Source: Nitrososphaerota archaeon (lineage in GTDB: Archaea; Thermoproteota; Nitrososphaeria_A; Caldarchaeales; Caldarchaeaceae). Taken from it: a stretch of DNA of 64,000 nucleotides. Positions 46,294-56,412 of this stretch are shown here, piece by piece. Under the pieces are notes generated by a model, which was given only the letters and a program-made list of their open reading frames with translations, was not told the origin of the DNA and ran no database searches. The stretch's first letter is position 1, and every line of letters begins with the position of its first letter. The stretch lies in NCBI GenBank assembly GCA_041641305.1, contig JBEPYN010000001.1, forward strand, positions 32,001 to 96,000. The letters run 5' to 3'. Both the position numbers and the translations under genes were made by a program.

Positions 46294-47256
46294 TTGGGGC
46301 TTGTTGTTCTCGAAAATGTCGTCGCCGGTTATAATATTCGTAGCGGATGGCTGCGCTCCCAGCTTGTGACGGTTGTTGACGGCGTCAGTCTCAATGTATC
46401 CGAGGCTGAAGCCTTAGCTCTGGTCGGTGAGTCTGGCAGTGGGAAGACGACTGTTGGGAAACTTAGCATAAGGCTTCTTAAGCCACTGTCAGGCAAAATA
46501 TTCTACGACGGCATTGACGTCACCGATTTGTCCGAGGATAGGCTGCTTAAACTGAGGCGCGAGGCGAGGATGATCTTTCAAGATCCTTATTCAAGCCTCA
46601 ATCCCTACATGACGGTAAGGGAGTTTGTGGAGGAGCCTCTTCTCATCCACGAGGTTGAAGATAAAGCCGAGAGAAGTGAAACGGTTTACAAGGCGCTCGA
46701 GGATGTGAGGCTCACGCCTCCGGAAGAATTTGCTCAGAAATATCCACATCTTCTTTCGGGAGGACAGCGCCAACGTGTCGCAATAGCGCGGGCCATAGTG
46801 CTGAAGCCGCGGTACATCGTGGCCGACGAGCCGGTGTCAATGATTGATGCTTCAAGCAGGGCGGAAGTTCTTGAAGTGCTTAAGAGACTGAAGACAAGTT
46901 ACCGCATATCTTTCCTCTACATATCGCACGACCTCGCTACAACCCGGTACTTCGCCGACAGAGTTGCAGTCATGTATCTAGGCAGAATTGTTGAGACGGG
47001 AACAGTTGAGGATATTTTGAATGAGCCTCTGCATCCCTATACACAGGGCCTTATAGCCTCCATCCCAGAACCGGACCCCGGCAACAGGTTTGTTGAGAGA
47101 CCTACTATAAAGGGAGAGCCACCATCCCCACAAAACATTCCAACGGGATGCAGTTTTCATCCAAGATGTCCGAAGGCTTTTGACCGATGTCTCGTCGAAG
47201 ACCCTCAACTACGAGAAGTTAGAAGGGGCCGCTACGTGGCGTGTCATTTATACTGA
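46294..47256 (+). CDS. Oligopeptide/dipeptide ABC transporter ATP-binding protein (OppF/DppF)
   Basis: GESGSGKT, FQDPYSSLNP, LSGGQRQR, ADEP, HPYT, GC.FHPRC. Confidence 0.94.
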   Translation: MGLVVLENVVAGYNIRSGWLRSQLVTVVDGVSLNVSEAEALALVGESGSGKTTVGKLSIRLLKPLSGKIFYDGIDVTDLSEDRLLKLRREARMIFQDPYSSLNPYMTVREFVEEPLLIHEVEDKAERSETVYKALEDVRLTPPEEFAQKYPHLLSGGQRQRVAIARAIVLKPRYIVADEPVSMIDASSRAEVLEVLKRLKTSYRISFLYISHDLATTRYFADRVAVMYLGRIVETGTVEDILNEPLHPYTQGLIASIPEPDPGNRFVERPTIKGEPPSPQNIPTGCSFHPRCPKAFDRCLVEDPQLREVRRGRYVACHLY

Positions 47257-47931
47257 AGGAGTTGGGGCGGGCTTCTGCTCTTCCTCGGTTTGTTTGCTAC
47301 GGTTTTTTACGGCCTCAGATGCCGCGTGACCAACGTAGATGAGTGCTGCCGCCAGTACGGCTAATCCCGCCGCCGTCCATGGAACTTTCTCAACCTCGAT
47401 CCGCTCGTTGTTGAAAACTGTGACAAGCTTTTCGGAAACCAAGGTTTGTGTGTTGAATACATGGGTTGTCACGGTTTCGGTGACACGCGCGGTTACGGTT
47501 GCTGTGACCGTTTGTGTGAGGGTTTTGGGCTTGAGGACTGAGACTGAAAGCGTGTAGACGCCTGAGGAGTCTCCGAAACCTAGGACGACTATGTAGTGAG
47601 GGCCTTTCTCCACGGCTGTGTACTCGGCTGCGTCTGTCAATCCAGCGGAGCGAACACTCTGGCCAACGATTTCTCTGAGGGGGTTTAGTAGGTAGAGGTC
47701 GAAGTCCTGGTTAGAGGCCATGCGCACTTTGGCAACGAGAACATCACCCGGCTCAAGCAATATCTTGAAGAAATGTAGCTCCCCTGGGGCGAGGGCAAAA
47801 GAGTATGAACCTGGTGTCAGCTCAAGAGCCGAGCTAAACCCTGTTCCAGGAACCATCTCCTGCCCAAAGACTGAAAAGACTAACATAAGCGGTAGCAAAA
47901 GCCAAAACAACAAAAGAAAACGGCGACCCAC
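47248..47931 (-). CDS. Membrane-anchored surface protein with a PPC-like beta domain and Thr-rich linker
   Basis: Signal peptide, DFDLYLLNP...GVYTLSV, TVTATVT linker, C-terminal TM. Confidence 0.7.
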   Translation of the reverse strand: MGRRFLLLFWLLLPLMLVFSVFGQEMVPGTGFSSALELTPGSYSFALAPGELHFFKILLEPGDVLVAKVRMASNQDFDLYLLNPLREIVGQSVRSAGLTDAAEYTAVEKGPHYIVVLGFGDSSGVYTLSVSVLKPKTLTQTVTATVTARVTETVTTHVFNTQTLVSEKLVTVFNNERIEVEKVPWTAAGLAVLAAALIYVGHAASEAVKNRSKQTEEEQKPAPTPSV

Positions 47932-48017
47932 AGTCTCTTTATCATTATGTGACCACGTTTAAACCTTGCTGTTGTTTTAGGAAAAACGTTTAATGCCTTA
48001 TTCTTAGAAGTTTTTCC

Positions 48018-50207
48018 ATGCGGTTCGGTGGATTGGTCCTTATTTTGCTTCTGTCAGCCAGTTTAGTGTTACCTCTAGGCTTGGGCGCTGAGTGGGGTGA
48101 GGAGTTTGCTGAGCGCGGGCCCTCGTCAAAGCTCATAAAGCCCTCGGATCTGCTGGGGGAAAGACTCTCGGGCGGCCCAGCCTATAGGCTTGGAGCCGAG
48201 TTCAAGGGAAGAGAGTTTGAAGTGTTTGCTCTGTCACCAGTTACGGATGCAGCAAAGCCTATGGGGCCGTTGATAAACATCCCCTATCGTTCGCCGACCG
48301 CGAAATTCAGCCGAAACATCATCCTAACCTATGATATCGGTAACATACCCTACCAGAACGAGCCACACATCTCCATCAACCCAGGCAACCCTGACCACAT
48401 AGTTGTGGTCTCCCACGACTTCGATGTTTCATGCGCCGTCTCCTACGTGAGCTTCGACGGGGGCGAGACTTGGCGCGGCCCAGGTATGCCTACACCGGGG
48501 CCCGAGGATAGTTTCTGCAGCGACCCAGTAGTTGATTTCGGCAGAGATGGCACAGTCTACTACACACTTCTCTCGATAGGGTCCAGGCCTTTGAGGATTG
48601 GCCGCCTGCTTTACGAGACCGAGGTGGCGAGCGTCACCGTCTCTGTCTCCAAGGATGGCGGTCTAACCTGGAATAATCCCTACATTGCTTCGCATGGACG
48701 GGTTGTGCCACAAGCCGATAGAGCATCCATCTCCTTCCTAGACAAGCCCTGGATGGATGTCGGCCCCGACAAGACAGATCCATCAAAAGACGCAATATAC
48801 CTCACATACACAGAGTTCAGAATAATTTACCCATTCCTGGACTATTACCCATTCGTAGGTGAGCCAACAATCGAGGTCTCGATAAAGCTTGTCAAATCTG
48901 TCGACGGCGGTGTGACTTGGACGGCTCCCGTGGCGGTCAGCCCTGTTTTCAGCGGGTTGGCCGGCGATGAGGATGCAAGGCTTGTGCAAGGTAGCTATGT
49001 CCACGTAGCCGACGACGGAACAGTTTACGTTGCTTACTACGATTCTCTTGACGATGGGCCTTTCAAGGGATTGTTCACACCCATGGTCACTGTTTCAAAG
49101 GATGGAGGCAAAACTTGGTCGAGGCCATCGCCGGTCATACCTGGAGGCACGTGGGAGCAGCCCTTCTTCCTCACACCCACCTACTTCAGGTCATGGTCCT
49201 CGATGTTCCCCGTCTTGAAGACTAACCCAGTCAACAGCAACGAAGTCTACATAGTTTTCGGGGCCATGGGAGCAGAACCAGGCGACCTATCAGATATCTA
49301 CTTCTCCAAATCAGTTGACGGCGGCAATACATGGTCTAAACCTAAAAGGATAAACGATGACCTGACCCTTAGAAACCAGTTTTTCCCCACCATGGCTGTC
49401 TCACCAAACGGCACTATTCACATAATGTGGGGTGACATGCGCGACGACCCCGACAACTACAGGTACCACATCTACTACACACGCTCGGGAGACGGCGGAG
49501 AATCTTTCATGGAAAACTCGAGAGTAACAGATTATCCCTCGAACCCGGCATACGGGATTCCTCAATTTGTCGGCGACTACTGGGGAATAGTGGCCACCGA
49601 CACAGACGTTTACATGGTTTGGACGGACTCAAGGGCAGGCTTCCGCGGAGCACCCAACCAGGACATCGGCTTCGCGAGACAGAGGCCTGTGAGGTCACCG
49701 AGCATATTTATCAGCCCACCCCAGGGCCCGGCCGGACAGGTGGTGACAATTGTGGGAGACGGTTTTGCACCTCGTCAACGAGAGGTCTTCATAGAGTTTG
49801 ACGGCGTTGTAATCTCTTCTTTTCCGACAGATTCTGTGGGCAGGTTCACCGCAACAATATACATCCCCGTCTCAGGTGAGGGGGCTCACATGATCAGGGC
49901 CATAGACGTATTGGGTAACGTTGCGGAGGCAACATACTATTCGAGCTTCGGCTTCAACAACGTCGAAGACCAGATTAGGGCAGCTAGGGATGAGGTGGTT
50001 AAATCTGTAGAGGAAAAGCTGTCCACCCTCACACCTTCCATAGACGTCGACAAGATCGCCGACGCCGTTGTCGAGAGGCTGAAGCCCCAGCTCAGCCAAA
50101 CAGACTCCACACCCATGCTAGACCTAGTTCTCGGACTTGCAATAGTCGCACTGGCTGCAGGACTAATTAGTTTGGCTGTTTCTGCGAGGAGAGTGAAGAA
50201 GACGTGA
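48018..50207 (+). CDS. Secreted, membrane-anchored Asp-box (BNR/sialidase-like) beta-propeller protein with an Ig-like domain
   Basis: Signal peptide; six SxDGGxT/SW-type boxes; IPT-like SPPQGPAGQVVTIVGDGF; C-terminal TM plus basic tail. Confidence 0.8.
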   Translation: MRFGGLVLILLLSASLVLPLGLGAEWGEEFAERGPSSKLIKPSDLLGERLSGGPAYRLGAEFKGREFEVFALSPVTDAAKPMGPLINIPYRSPTAKFSRNIILTYDIGNIPYQNEPHISINPGNPDHIVVVSHDFDVSCAVSYVSFDGGETWRGPGMPTPGPEDSFCSDPVVDFGRDGTVYYTLLSIGSRPLRIGRLLYETEVASVTVSVSKDGGLTWNNPYIASHGRVVPQADRASISFLDKPWMDVGPDKTDPSKDAIYLTYTEFRIIYPFLDYYPFVGEPTIEVSIKLVKSVDGGVTWTAPVAVSPVFSGLAGDEDARLVQGSYVHVADDGTVYVAYYDSLDDGPFKGLFTPMVTVSKDGGKTWSRPSPVIPGGTWEQPFFLTPTYFRSWSSMFPVLKTNPVNSNEVYIVFGAMGAEPGDLSDIYFSKSVDGGNTWSKPKRINDDLTLRNQFFPTMAVSPNGTIHIMWGDMRDDPDNYRYHIYYTRSGDGGESFMENSRVTDYPSNPAYGIPQFVGDYWGIVATDTDVYMVWTDSRAGFRGAPNQDIGFARQRPVRSPSIFISPPQGPAGQVVTIVGDGFAPRQREVFIEFDGVVISSFPTDSVGRFTATIYIPVSGEGAHMIRAIDVLGNVAEATYYSSFGFNNVEDQIRAARDEVVKSVEEKLSTLTPSIDVDKIADAVVERLKPQLSQTDSTPMLDLVLGLAIVALAAGLISLAVSARRVKKT

Positions 50208-52726
50208 AAACATCTGCCGCGGCACTATTGTTGCTGATGCTTTTGACGGTTCCAGCCCTGGCGCAGGATTACCGTGCTCCACATGATGAGCCAGGGCCAG
50301 CAGCTGATGTTGTTAGGGTGAGGGCCTATGCTGAGGAAATTGCTCCACAGGTCCTTGAGAGAGGAGACATAGACCTTTATCTCTACAACATGAGGGTCTC
50401 CCGAGTACAGGCTCTTGAGAACAACCCCGGCATAAAGATAATGAAGGCCCCCTCACTGCTTCTCTCAATCATCCTCAACCCCGCCCCCGACCCACGCGGG
50501 CTAAACCCCTTCAGCATCAAAGAGGTGCGGCAGGCATTCCAGTACCTAGTAAACAGAGACTATGTCGTGAAAGAGCTTTACAGAGGATATGCTTCACCCA
50601 TGACCACACCCCTCTCACCCTACGACTACGATTACGCCCAGTTCTATGAAGCCATTCTCGAGACGGGAATAAGGTATGACCCAGAATACGCCAACCGATT
50701 GATAACAGATGCTTTGACTTCGGCGGGTGCTGTGAAGAGGGATGGTAAATGGTTTTATGGAGACAAACCCGTAACACTCAAGTTCGTGATTAGGACGGAG
50801 GATGAGAGACGTGAGATTGGAGACCTCATCGCATCCGAGCTAGAGAAAATAGGGTTCACCGTGGAGAGAATTTATCTGCCCTTCGCACAGGCTATAGCAC
50901 GCGTCTACACCACTGATCCAGCCGAGTTCACATGGCATCTCTACACCGAGGGGTGGGGGAGAGGAGCTTTAGAGAAATATGACACCACATCAATCAACCA
51001 ATTCTGCGCACCATGGCTGGGGAATATGCCGGGCTGGCAGGAGCTCGGCTTCTGGCAATACACAAACCAGCTGCTCGACGAGATAGGTCAGAGGATTTTC
51101 AAAGGTCAGTACAGCGGAAAAGAGGAGAGAAACCAGCTTTACCTGAGGATGTTACGTGAATGTGTCTCAGAGAGTGTGAGAGTATGGGTGGCGGTGGTTC
51201 TCCAAAGCACTCCTATGAAAGCTGATTTGACCGGTGTTACTGAGGACCTTGCGGCAGGTGCAAGAGGTCTCTGGACGCTTCGAGAAGCCTACATCCCAGG
51301 TAAAAATGTTCTCGAGGTCGGTCATCTCTGGGTTTGGACTCCGCGAACAGTCTGGAACCCTGTCGGAGGGTTTGGTGACGTGTACAGCGCAGACCTCTGG
51401 AGAGCGGTCTCAGACCCATCGATAACACGCCACCCCTTCACAGGCCTCCCCATCCCATTCCGCGCAAAATACAGCGTTGAAACGGCTGGGCCAACTGGGA
51501 CAATCAATGTGCCTTCTGACGCCTTTGTCTGGGACGCCCAGTCGAAGACATGGAAGACTGTATCACCGGGGACAAAAGCGATAAGCAAAGTAACCTTCGA
51601 CTACAGCCTCTACACCTCGTCAAAATGGCATCACGGCATCCCAATAACTATGGCGGACATACTGTACAGGATGCATCAGGTTTTTGACATGGCTTACGAC
51701 GAGACAAAGAGCAGGATAGAGTTCGCTATCGCGTACACCTCAAGGCCCATTTTGGAAACTTTCAAGGGTTTCCGCATAGTAGGAGAGAGCATGCTTGAGG
51801 TCTATGTCGATTACTGGAACTTCGAGACGGACTACATAGCTGAATATGCCGATGTCTTCGGCGGTGGCATGCCATGGGAGCTGTTGGCGGTTTCGGACGA
51901 CCTTGTCTTCAACAGACGGCTCGTAACCTACAGCGACACGGCCGCGGCCCGTTTCAGGGTTGATCAACTCAACCTCGTGCTCCGCGAACAGGTCAGCCTC
52001 GTGAAAACTGCTTTAAACGATTTCATCACACGCAAAATCTTTCCCGCAAACGTCTTCACCATAGGTGACAAACGCTACGAAACCGCTGAAAACGCGCAGA
52101 CAAGGTACCGGGCTCTCCTAGACTGGGTCAACACCTACAACCTCGCTGTAGTAAGCAACGGGCCATATTATTTGGCTGTTTTCGACCCCGCGTCACAGTA
52201 TGCCGAACTCCGAGCATACAGAGACCCAACATACCCATTCAAACCAGGGACATGGTACTTTGGAGCAGTAGAGAAGCCGAGGGTAACACGTGTTGAGGGC
52301 TCGATAACGATTGGGAGCGAATCCTCGGTTACTGTATCGGTGGCTGGCCCTGACGACACCGTCGTGGTTTACAGAATAGTGGACACCGTTTCGGGAAAGG
52401 TTCTAGCGGCTGGAAGAGAAGCCGCTACAGGCGGCAGAGTCACGATCAGGCTGCCCTCAGCCACCACGTCCACTCTCTCCCCGGGACTAGCTGAGCTCGC
52501 CATGGTTTTATACAGTGACAAAGTTGCCCAATCCTTCAACTTTGCCGAGCGGCTGGAGGTCAGAAGAACGGCGGCAACCCAGGTAACAACGACAACGCCT
52601 CTAGTTACAACAACACCCATGCAACAGCAGGCCGAACAACCGGGCATCCCCACCTGGCTTCTAATAGCCGTCGTAGGCGTTGCAATAGTTGCCGCCGCAG
52701 CATTCCTGCTTACACGTAGACGCTAG
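50204..52726 (+). CDS. ABC transporter substrate-binding protein, family 5 (large, C-terminally anchored)
   Basis: NPFSIKEVRQAF..LVNR, WHHG.PIT.AD, SNGPY; Thr-rich linker, TM, RRR tail. Confidence 0.88.
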   Translation: MKTSAAALLLLMLLTVPALAQDYRAPHDEPGPAADVVRVRAYAEEIAPQVLERGDIDLYLYNMRVSRVQALENNPGIKIMKAPSLLLSIILNPAPDPRGLNPFSIKEVRQAFQYLVNRDYVVKELYRGYASPMTTPLSPYDYDYAQFYEAILETGIRYDPEYANRLITDALTSAGAVKRDGKWFYGDKPVTLKFVIRTEDERREIGDLIASELEKIGFTVERIYLPFAQAIARVYTTDPAEFTWHLYTEGWGRGALEKYDTTSINQFCAPWLGNMPGWQELGFWQYTNQLLDEIGQRIFKGQYSGKEERNQLYLRMLRECVSESVRVWVAVVLQSTPMKADLTGVTEDLAAGARGLWTLREAYIPGKNVLEVGHLWVWTPRTVWNPVGGFGDVYSADLWRAVSDPSITRHPFTGLPIPFRAKYSVETAGPTGTINVPSDAFVWDAQSKTWKTVSPGTKAISKVTFDYSLYTSSKWHHGIPITMADILYRMHQVFDMAYDETKSRIEFAIAYTSRPILETFKGFRIVGESMLEVYVDYWNFETDYIAEYADVFGGGMPWELLAVSDDLVFNRRLVTYSDTAAARFRVDQLNLVLREQVSLVKTALNDFITRKIFPANVFTIGDKRYETAENAQTRYRALLDWVNTYNLAVVSNGPYYLAVFDPASQYAELRAYRDPTYPFKPGTWYFGAVEKPRVTRVEGSITIGSESSVTVSVAGPDDTVVVYRIVDTVSGKVLAAGREAATGGRVTIRLPSATTSTLSPGLAELAMVLYSDKVAQSFNFAERLEVRRTAATQVTTTTPLVTTTPMQQQAEQPGIPTWLLIAVVGVAIVAAAAFLLTRRR

Positions 52727-53463
52727 TCCTCGAGAATCCTGCTCAACGAGTCGATGTGTGCGATAACTGTGAGCAAAACCTCTTCACGCAGCTGGTTGAC
52801 CGCGTTATTGTACTCGTCCACTCCGGGTGGGGCGTTGAGAAGCCAGTCGATGTAGAGTGGACACCATCTGATTAGCTCATCACGCGAGGTATCGGTTAAC
52901 TGTGGAAACTGTTCAACCCAGTCATAATAGAGGTCGAGATTGTCCATGATTTTGTCAACCGTTAGTACGAGGTTAGGGTCACTTTTCACGACGAGTGCCC
53001 TTGTCTCGTTCCAATACTCTCTGTCACCCTCCCTCGTTCCAGGCGGCTCGCTCCTCAACCAGCTTATCAAAACCCTATCGTTCTCTAGAAGAGACAAAAC
53101 GTTTTTGACAGATTCCATACTTGTTCTGAGGCTGTTCAGCTGGGAATTGGTTGCCTCAAGCTCTGCGGAAAGCTGGTTCAACCGATTCTCGAGCTGGCTC
53201 ATTCTTTCGGTGAACTGCTGAGACCTCTGATCTGCTGACTGTAGATTGGTCTGTAGGCTGTTGAGGTCGGCGCGTAGTCTGTTAACTGTGTTCTCGGCCT
53301 CTGTCAGACGTGTCTGCAGGTCGAGGTTTTCGGCCCTCAACTCATCCAACAGCTTTTGATATCTTGCCTCGGTTTCCCCCAACAACTGGTTGAAGACAAT
53401 AGCTGATGCAGCTGCACCAGCCAAGAGCGAGACAATGACAATCGCCACAACAAAGACTCTCAT
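52723..53463 (-). CDS. Hypothetical protein: N-terminal membrane anchor, long coiled coil, helical C-domain
   Basis: Hydrophobic N-terminus followed by about 100 aa of heptad Leu/Gln/Asn/Glu periodicity. Confidence 0.7.
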   Translation of the reverse strand: MRVFVVAIVIVSLLAGAAASAIVFNQLLGETEARYQKLLDELRAENLDLQTRLTEAENTVNRLRADLNSLQTNLQSADQRSQQFTERMSQLENRLNQLSAELEATNSQLNSLRTSMESVKNVLSLLENDRVLISWLRSEPPGTREGDREYWNETRALVVKSDPNLVLTVDKIMDNLDLYYDWVEQFPQLTDTSRDELIRWCPLYIDWLLNAPPGVDEYNNAVNQLREEVLLTVIAHIDSLSRILED

Positions 53464-53525
53464 TCCATATACACGCCACTAACCCTGTTTATAACACTTT
53501 TTAAACAACTGCGAAAAACATATTC

Positions 53526-54411
53526 ATGATTGTTTCACATCGAGGGATGATGCAGCGGATATTTCCCCATCTATGGTATGTTTCGGAGGCCTGGGAGGCC
53601 GCCGTGTTCTATGCGGAGATTTTTCCCTCATCTGAGGTAGTTGCCTCAACGGTGTTGCCCAACACCCCATCGGGCGATGTAGAAATTGTCTGGTTCAAAA
53701 TCAAGGGCTACAAGTTCCTAGCCATAAGCGGTGGCCCATACTTTTACTTCAACCCCTCACTCTCCTTCATGGTCAACTTCTCAGGATATTCCGCGAAAAT
53801 AGTCGAATCTATCTGGGATAGGTTGGCTGAAAAGGGAAATGTTTTTGATGCCGTTGGGAGAGTATCCTCCGCTGGCGATGTATGGCTTGGTCGCGGACAG
53901 GTACGGGCTTTCGTGGCAGCTTGTGTTGCCAACTGGAAAATGGGTGGAATCCTTCATAGTTCCGCATCTACTCTTCACAGGCAAAGCCGAGGAAGCGAGC
54001 GACTTATCTCGGTCTTCAAGAACTCGAGACGGGGACAACTGACAAAACATTTGTCAGGCCCAGAAAACGGAAAAACAATTTTCACTGACTTCATGCTCGA
54101 GGGCCAGTGGTTCTCGGCCTCAGACAGCAGCTTATCACATGATTTCTCTTTCAACGAGTCGGTATCTTTCATGGTTTACTGCGACACACAGGCGGAGATC
54201 GACTATTACTGGGAAAAGCTCTCAGCCATGCCTGATGCTGAGCAGTGTGGTTGGCCCAAGGATAGATACGGGGTTTCTTGGCAGATTTCGCACAAAGACT
54301 TGGATAACATGCTGCTGAGAGGAAGCCGGAAACAAGTGGCCGCATTAATGGAGACTAAAGATGAAGAAGCTGGACATCGCCTCCCTGTATAACTGTTTCA
54401 GGAAAGCTTAG
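53526..54411 (+). pseudogene. Two-domain VOC/PhnB (3-demethylubiquinone-9 3-methyltransferase-like) pseudogene with three frameshifts
   Basis: Motifs are spread over frames: I.PHLW and FNPS.SFMV; then LMPLGEYP and D.YGLSWQL in another frame; then FNESVSFMV, CGW.KD.YGVSWQ; then KMKKLDI out of frame. Confidence 0.8.
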
Positions 54412-55454
54412 ACCCTCACCCGCGGGTCCAAAACGGCCACCAAAACCTCGATAATGAACCGGGCCACGATGTAGATCAAGGTGTAGACGAATGTCAGTGC
54501 TACGACGAGGCCTTCGTCGAAGGCTGTTATGGCATCGTAGTAGAGTCTACCCATCCCGGGCCAGTTGAACACGGTTTCGGTGAGTATTGCGCCTCCGAGG
54601 GATCCGGCGACTGCGAAGACGATGTTTGTGGCGATGGGTGGGGCCGCTGGTCTCAAGACATATCTGCGTCTGAGAAGATTTTCTGGAAGGCCCTTGGCTT
54701 TGGCCACTGTGACAAAATCCTCCTGCGTGATGTTTAGGACAATTGTTCTGGTTACGTAAGCCCATCCACCGACAATCACCGTTACAAGCGTTATCACGGG
54801 AAGGACAGCGTGCCAAATCATGTCAAGAACCCTTGCGAAGGGCTCTGTCGGTGGAGGGGTGCTTATTATTCCGCCGGCTGGAAACAGCCTGAAGTAGAAA
54901 TAGAACAGCAAAAGGAATAGGAGCCCTGTCCACCATGAGGGCAGCCCATAAGACGCCGCGGCCGCATATGACACTAGCTTATCGAATAGGGAGCCTCTCC
55001 TATAGGCAGCTCGTGAACCGATGTTTATGCCGATAACGGCGCTTATGAGGACAGCTGTCGTCACAAGTAGGATTGAGTAAGGTATTCGCTCGGCTATTAT
55101 GTCCGCTACCTTTCTGCTTCCGGCGAAGCTTGTTATTGTTCTCGAGTACCCGAGGTCAAGTGTGAGAACACGTAGTATCATCGACGGGATTCTCTCGTAC
55201 CATGGTCTGTCGAGCCCGTAAGATTTCTCCAGCTCGAGCTTAACTTTTTCAAGGGCCTGCTCTAGTTCGACGGGGTCTTTAATCCTTTGCGAGAGGCTCT
55301 GTCTCACCACACGCAGTTCCTCGTTGACATAGGCAGATAGAATCTTGTCTGATACCCCTGTAGCACCCATTACAACAGCGACCATCAAAAGCACGCTTAG
55401 CAGCACAAAAACAAGCGTAACAGCCTGTGTTACAAGGCTGCGGACCATAGTCAC
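54408..55454 (-). CDS. Oligopeptide ABC permease (OppB/DppB)
   Basis: LDLGYS, DFVTVAKAKGL (EAA loop), ETVFNWPGMG, LDPRVR. Confidence 0.93.
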   Translation of the reverse strand: MTMVRSLVTQAVTLVFVLLSVLLMVAVVMGATGVSDKILSAYVNEELRVVRQSLSQRIKDPVELEQALEKVKLELEKSYGLDRPWYERIPSMILRVLTLDLGYSRTITSFAGSRKVADIIAERIPYSILLVTTAVLISAVIGINIGSRAAYRRGSLFDKLVSYAAAASYGLPSWWTGLLFLLLFYFYFRLFPAGGIISTPPPTEPFARVLDMIWHAVLPVITLVTVIVGGWAYVTRTIVLNITQEDFVTVAKAKGLPENLLRRRYVLRPAAPPIATNIVFAVAGSLGGAILTETVFNWPGMGRLYYDAITAFDEGLVVALTFVYTLIYIVARFIIEVLVAVLDPRVRV

Positions 55455-56410
55455 TGGTTATCACCCTCGTAGAGCCAGCAACGGACCCTGATCCCGTCCC
55501 GGTTGAATGTAGGCGGCTCCTCGGCAAAGCATTTTTCGAAAACTCTGTGACAGCGCGGATGGAACCTGCATCCCCTAGGTGGTTCAACGAGGCTGGGAGG
55601 GGCTCCAGGTATGTAATCGAGCATCCGCGGCCCTCTAAGCCTTGGTGTGGCGCTGAGGAGTTTGGACGAGTAGGGGTGAAGTGGGCTGCGCAGGATTATG
55701 TCAGATGGCCCCATCTCTGCAACTTGGCCCGCATACATGACGGCGATTTCGTCGGCTATGTCGCTGACAATTGACAGGTCATGTGTGATAAATATCATCG
55801 ATAAACCATGCTCTCTTTTTAGGCGCTTGAGCATGTTCATTATTTGTGTTTGGATGGATACGTCAAGGGCAGACGTCGGTTCGTCGAGTATAATGAGTTT
55901 GGGCTCCATGATCAAGGCCATCGCAACAAGCGCTCTCTGCTTCATTCCTCCGCTAAGCTCATGTGGGTACCTGTCAACGTAATCGGCGGGGAGGCCGACG
56001 AGGCTGAAAACCTTCATAACCTTCTTCATCGCATCCTTCTTCGAAGCGCCTTCCTTAACCATCAAAGGCTCAGCGACCTGCAGCCCAACACGTAGAACAG
56101 GGTTGAAACTATTCATCGCTCCTTGAAAAACCATCGAAATCTTCTTCCACCGGTATTCATTGTCAAAAAGGTCTGCATCCAACGAGAGGATATCAACACC
56201 TTCAAACAAAATTTTTCCGCGGAGGGCGACTACGTTCGGCGGCAGCATTCTCATTATAGCGAGTCCTGTACTTGTTTTTCCGCATCCAGATTCACCGACG
56301 AGTCCGAGTGCTTCTCCTTCTCCTACGCTGAAGTCGACGCCGTCAACAGCCTTCACAACCTTTCCATCCATCCCATAGTGAACCACTAACCCCTCAACAA
56401 CAAGAAGCAT
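55451..56410 (-). CDS. Oligopeptide ABC ATP-binding protein (OppD/DppD)
   Basis: GESGCGKT, FQGAMNS.NP, YPHELSGGMKQR, LDEPT. Confidence 0.94.
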   Translation of the reverse strand: MLLVVEGLVVHYGMDGKVVKAVDGVDFSVGEGEALGLVGESGCGKTSTGLAIMRMLPPNVVALRGKILFEGVDILSLDADLFDNEYRWKKISMVFQGAMNSFNPVLRVGLQVAEPLMVKEGASKKDAMKKVMKVFSLVGLPADYVDRYPHELSGGMKQRALVAMALIMEPKLIILDEPTSALDVSIQTQIMNMLKRLKREHGLSMIFITHDLSIVSDIADEIAVMYAGQVAEMGPSDIILRSPLHPYSSKLLSATPRLRGPRMLDYIPGAPPSLVEPPRGCRFHPRCHRVFEKCFAEEPPTFNRDGIRVRCWLYEGDNQ

Positions 56411-56412
56411 GG

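Noticed and set aside
53840-54010. VOC frameshifts as additional BHB introns
   Set aside because: The lesions are a 1-nt insertion and small deletions, with no removable structured segment
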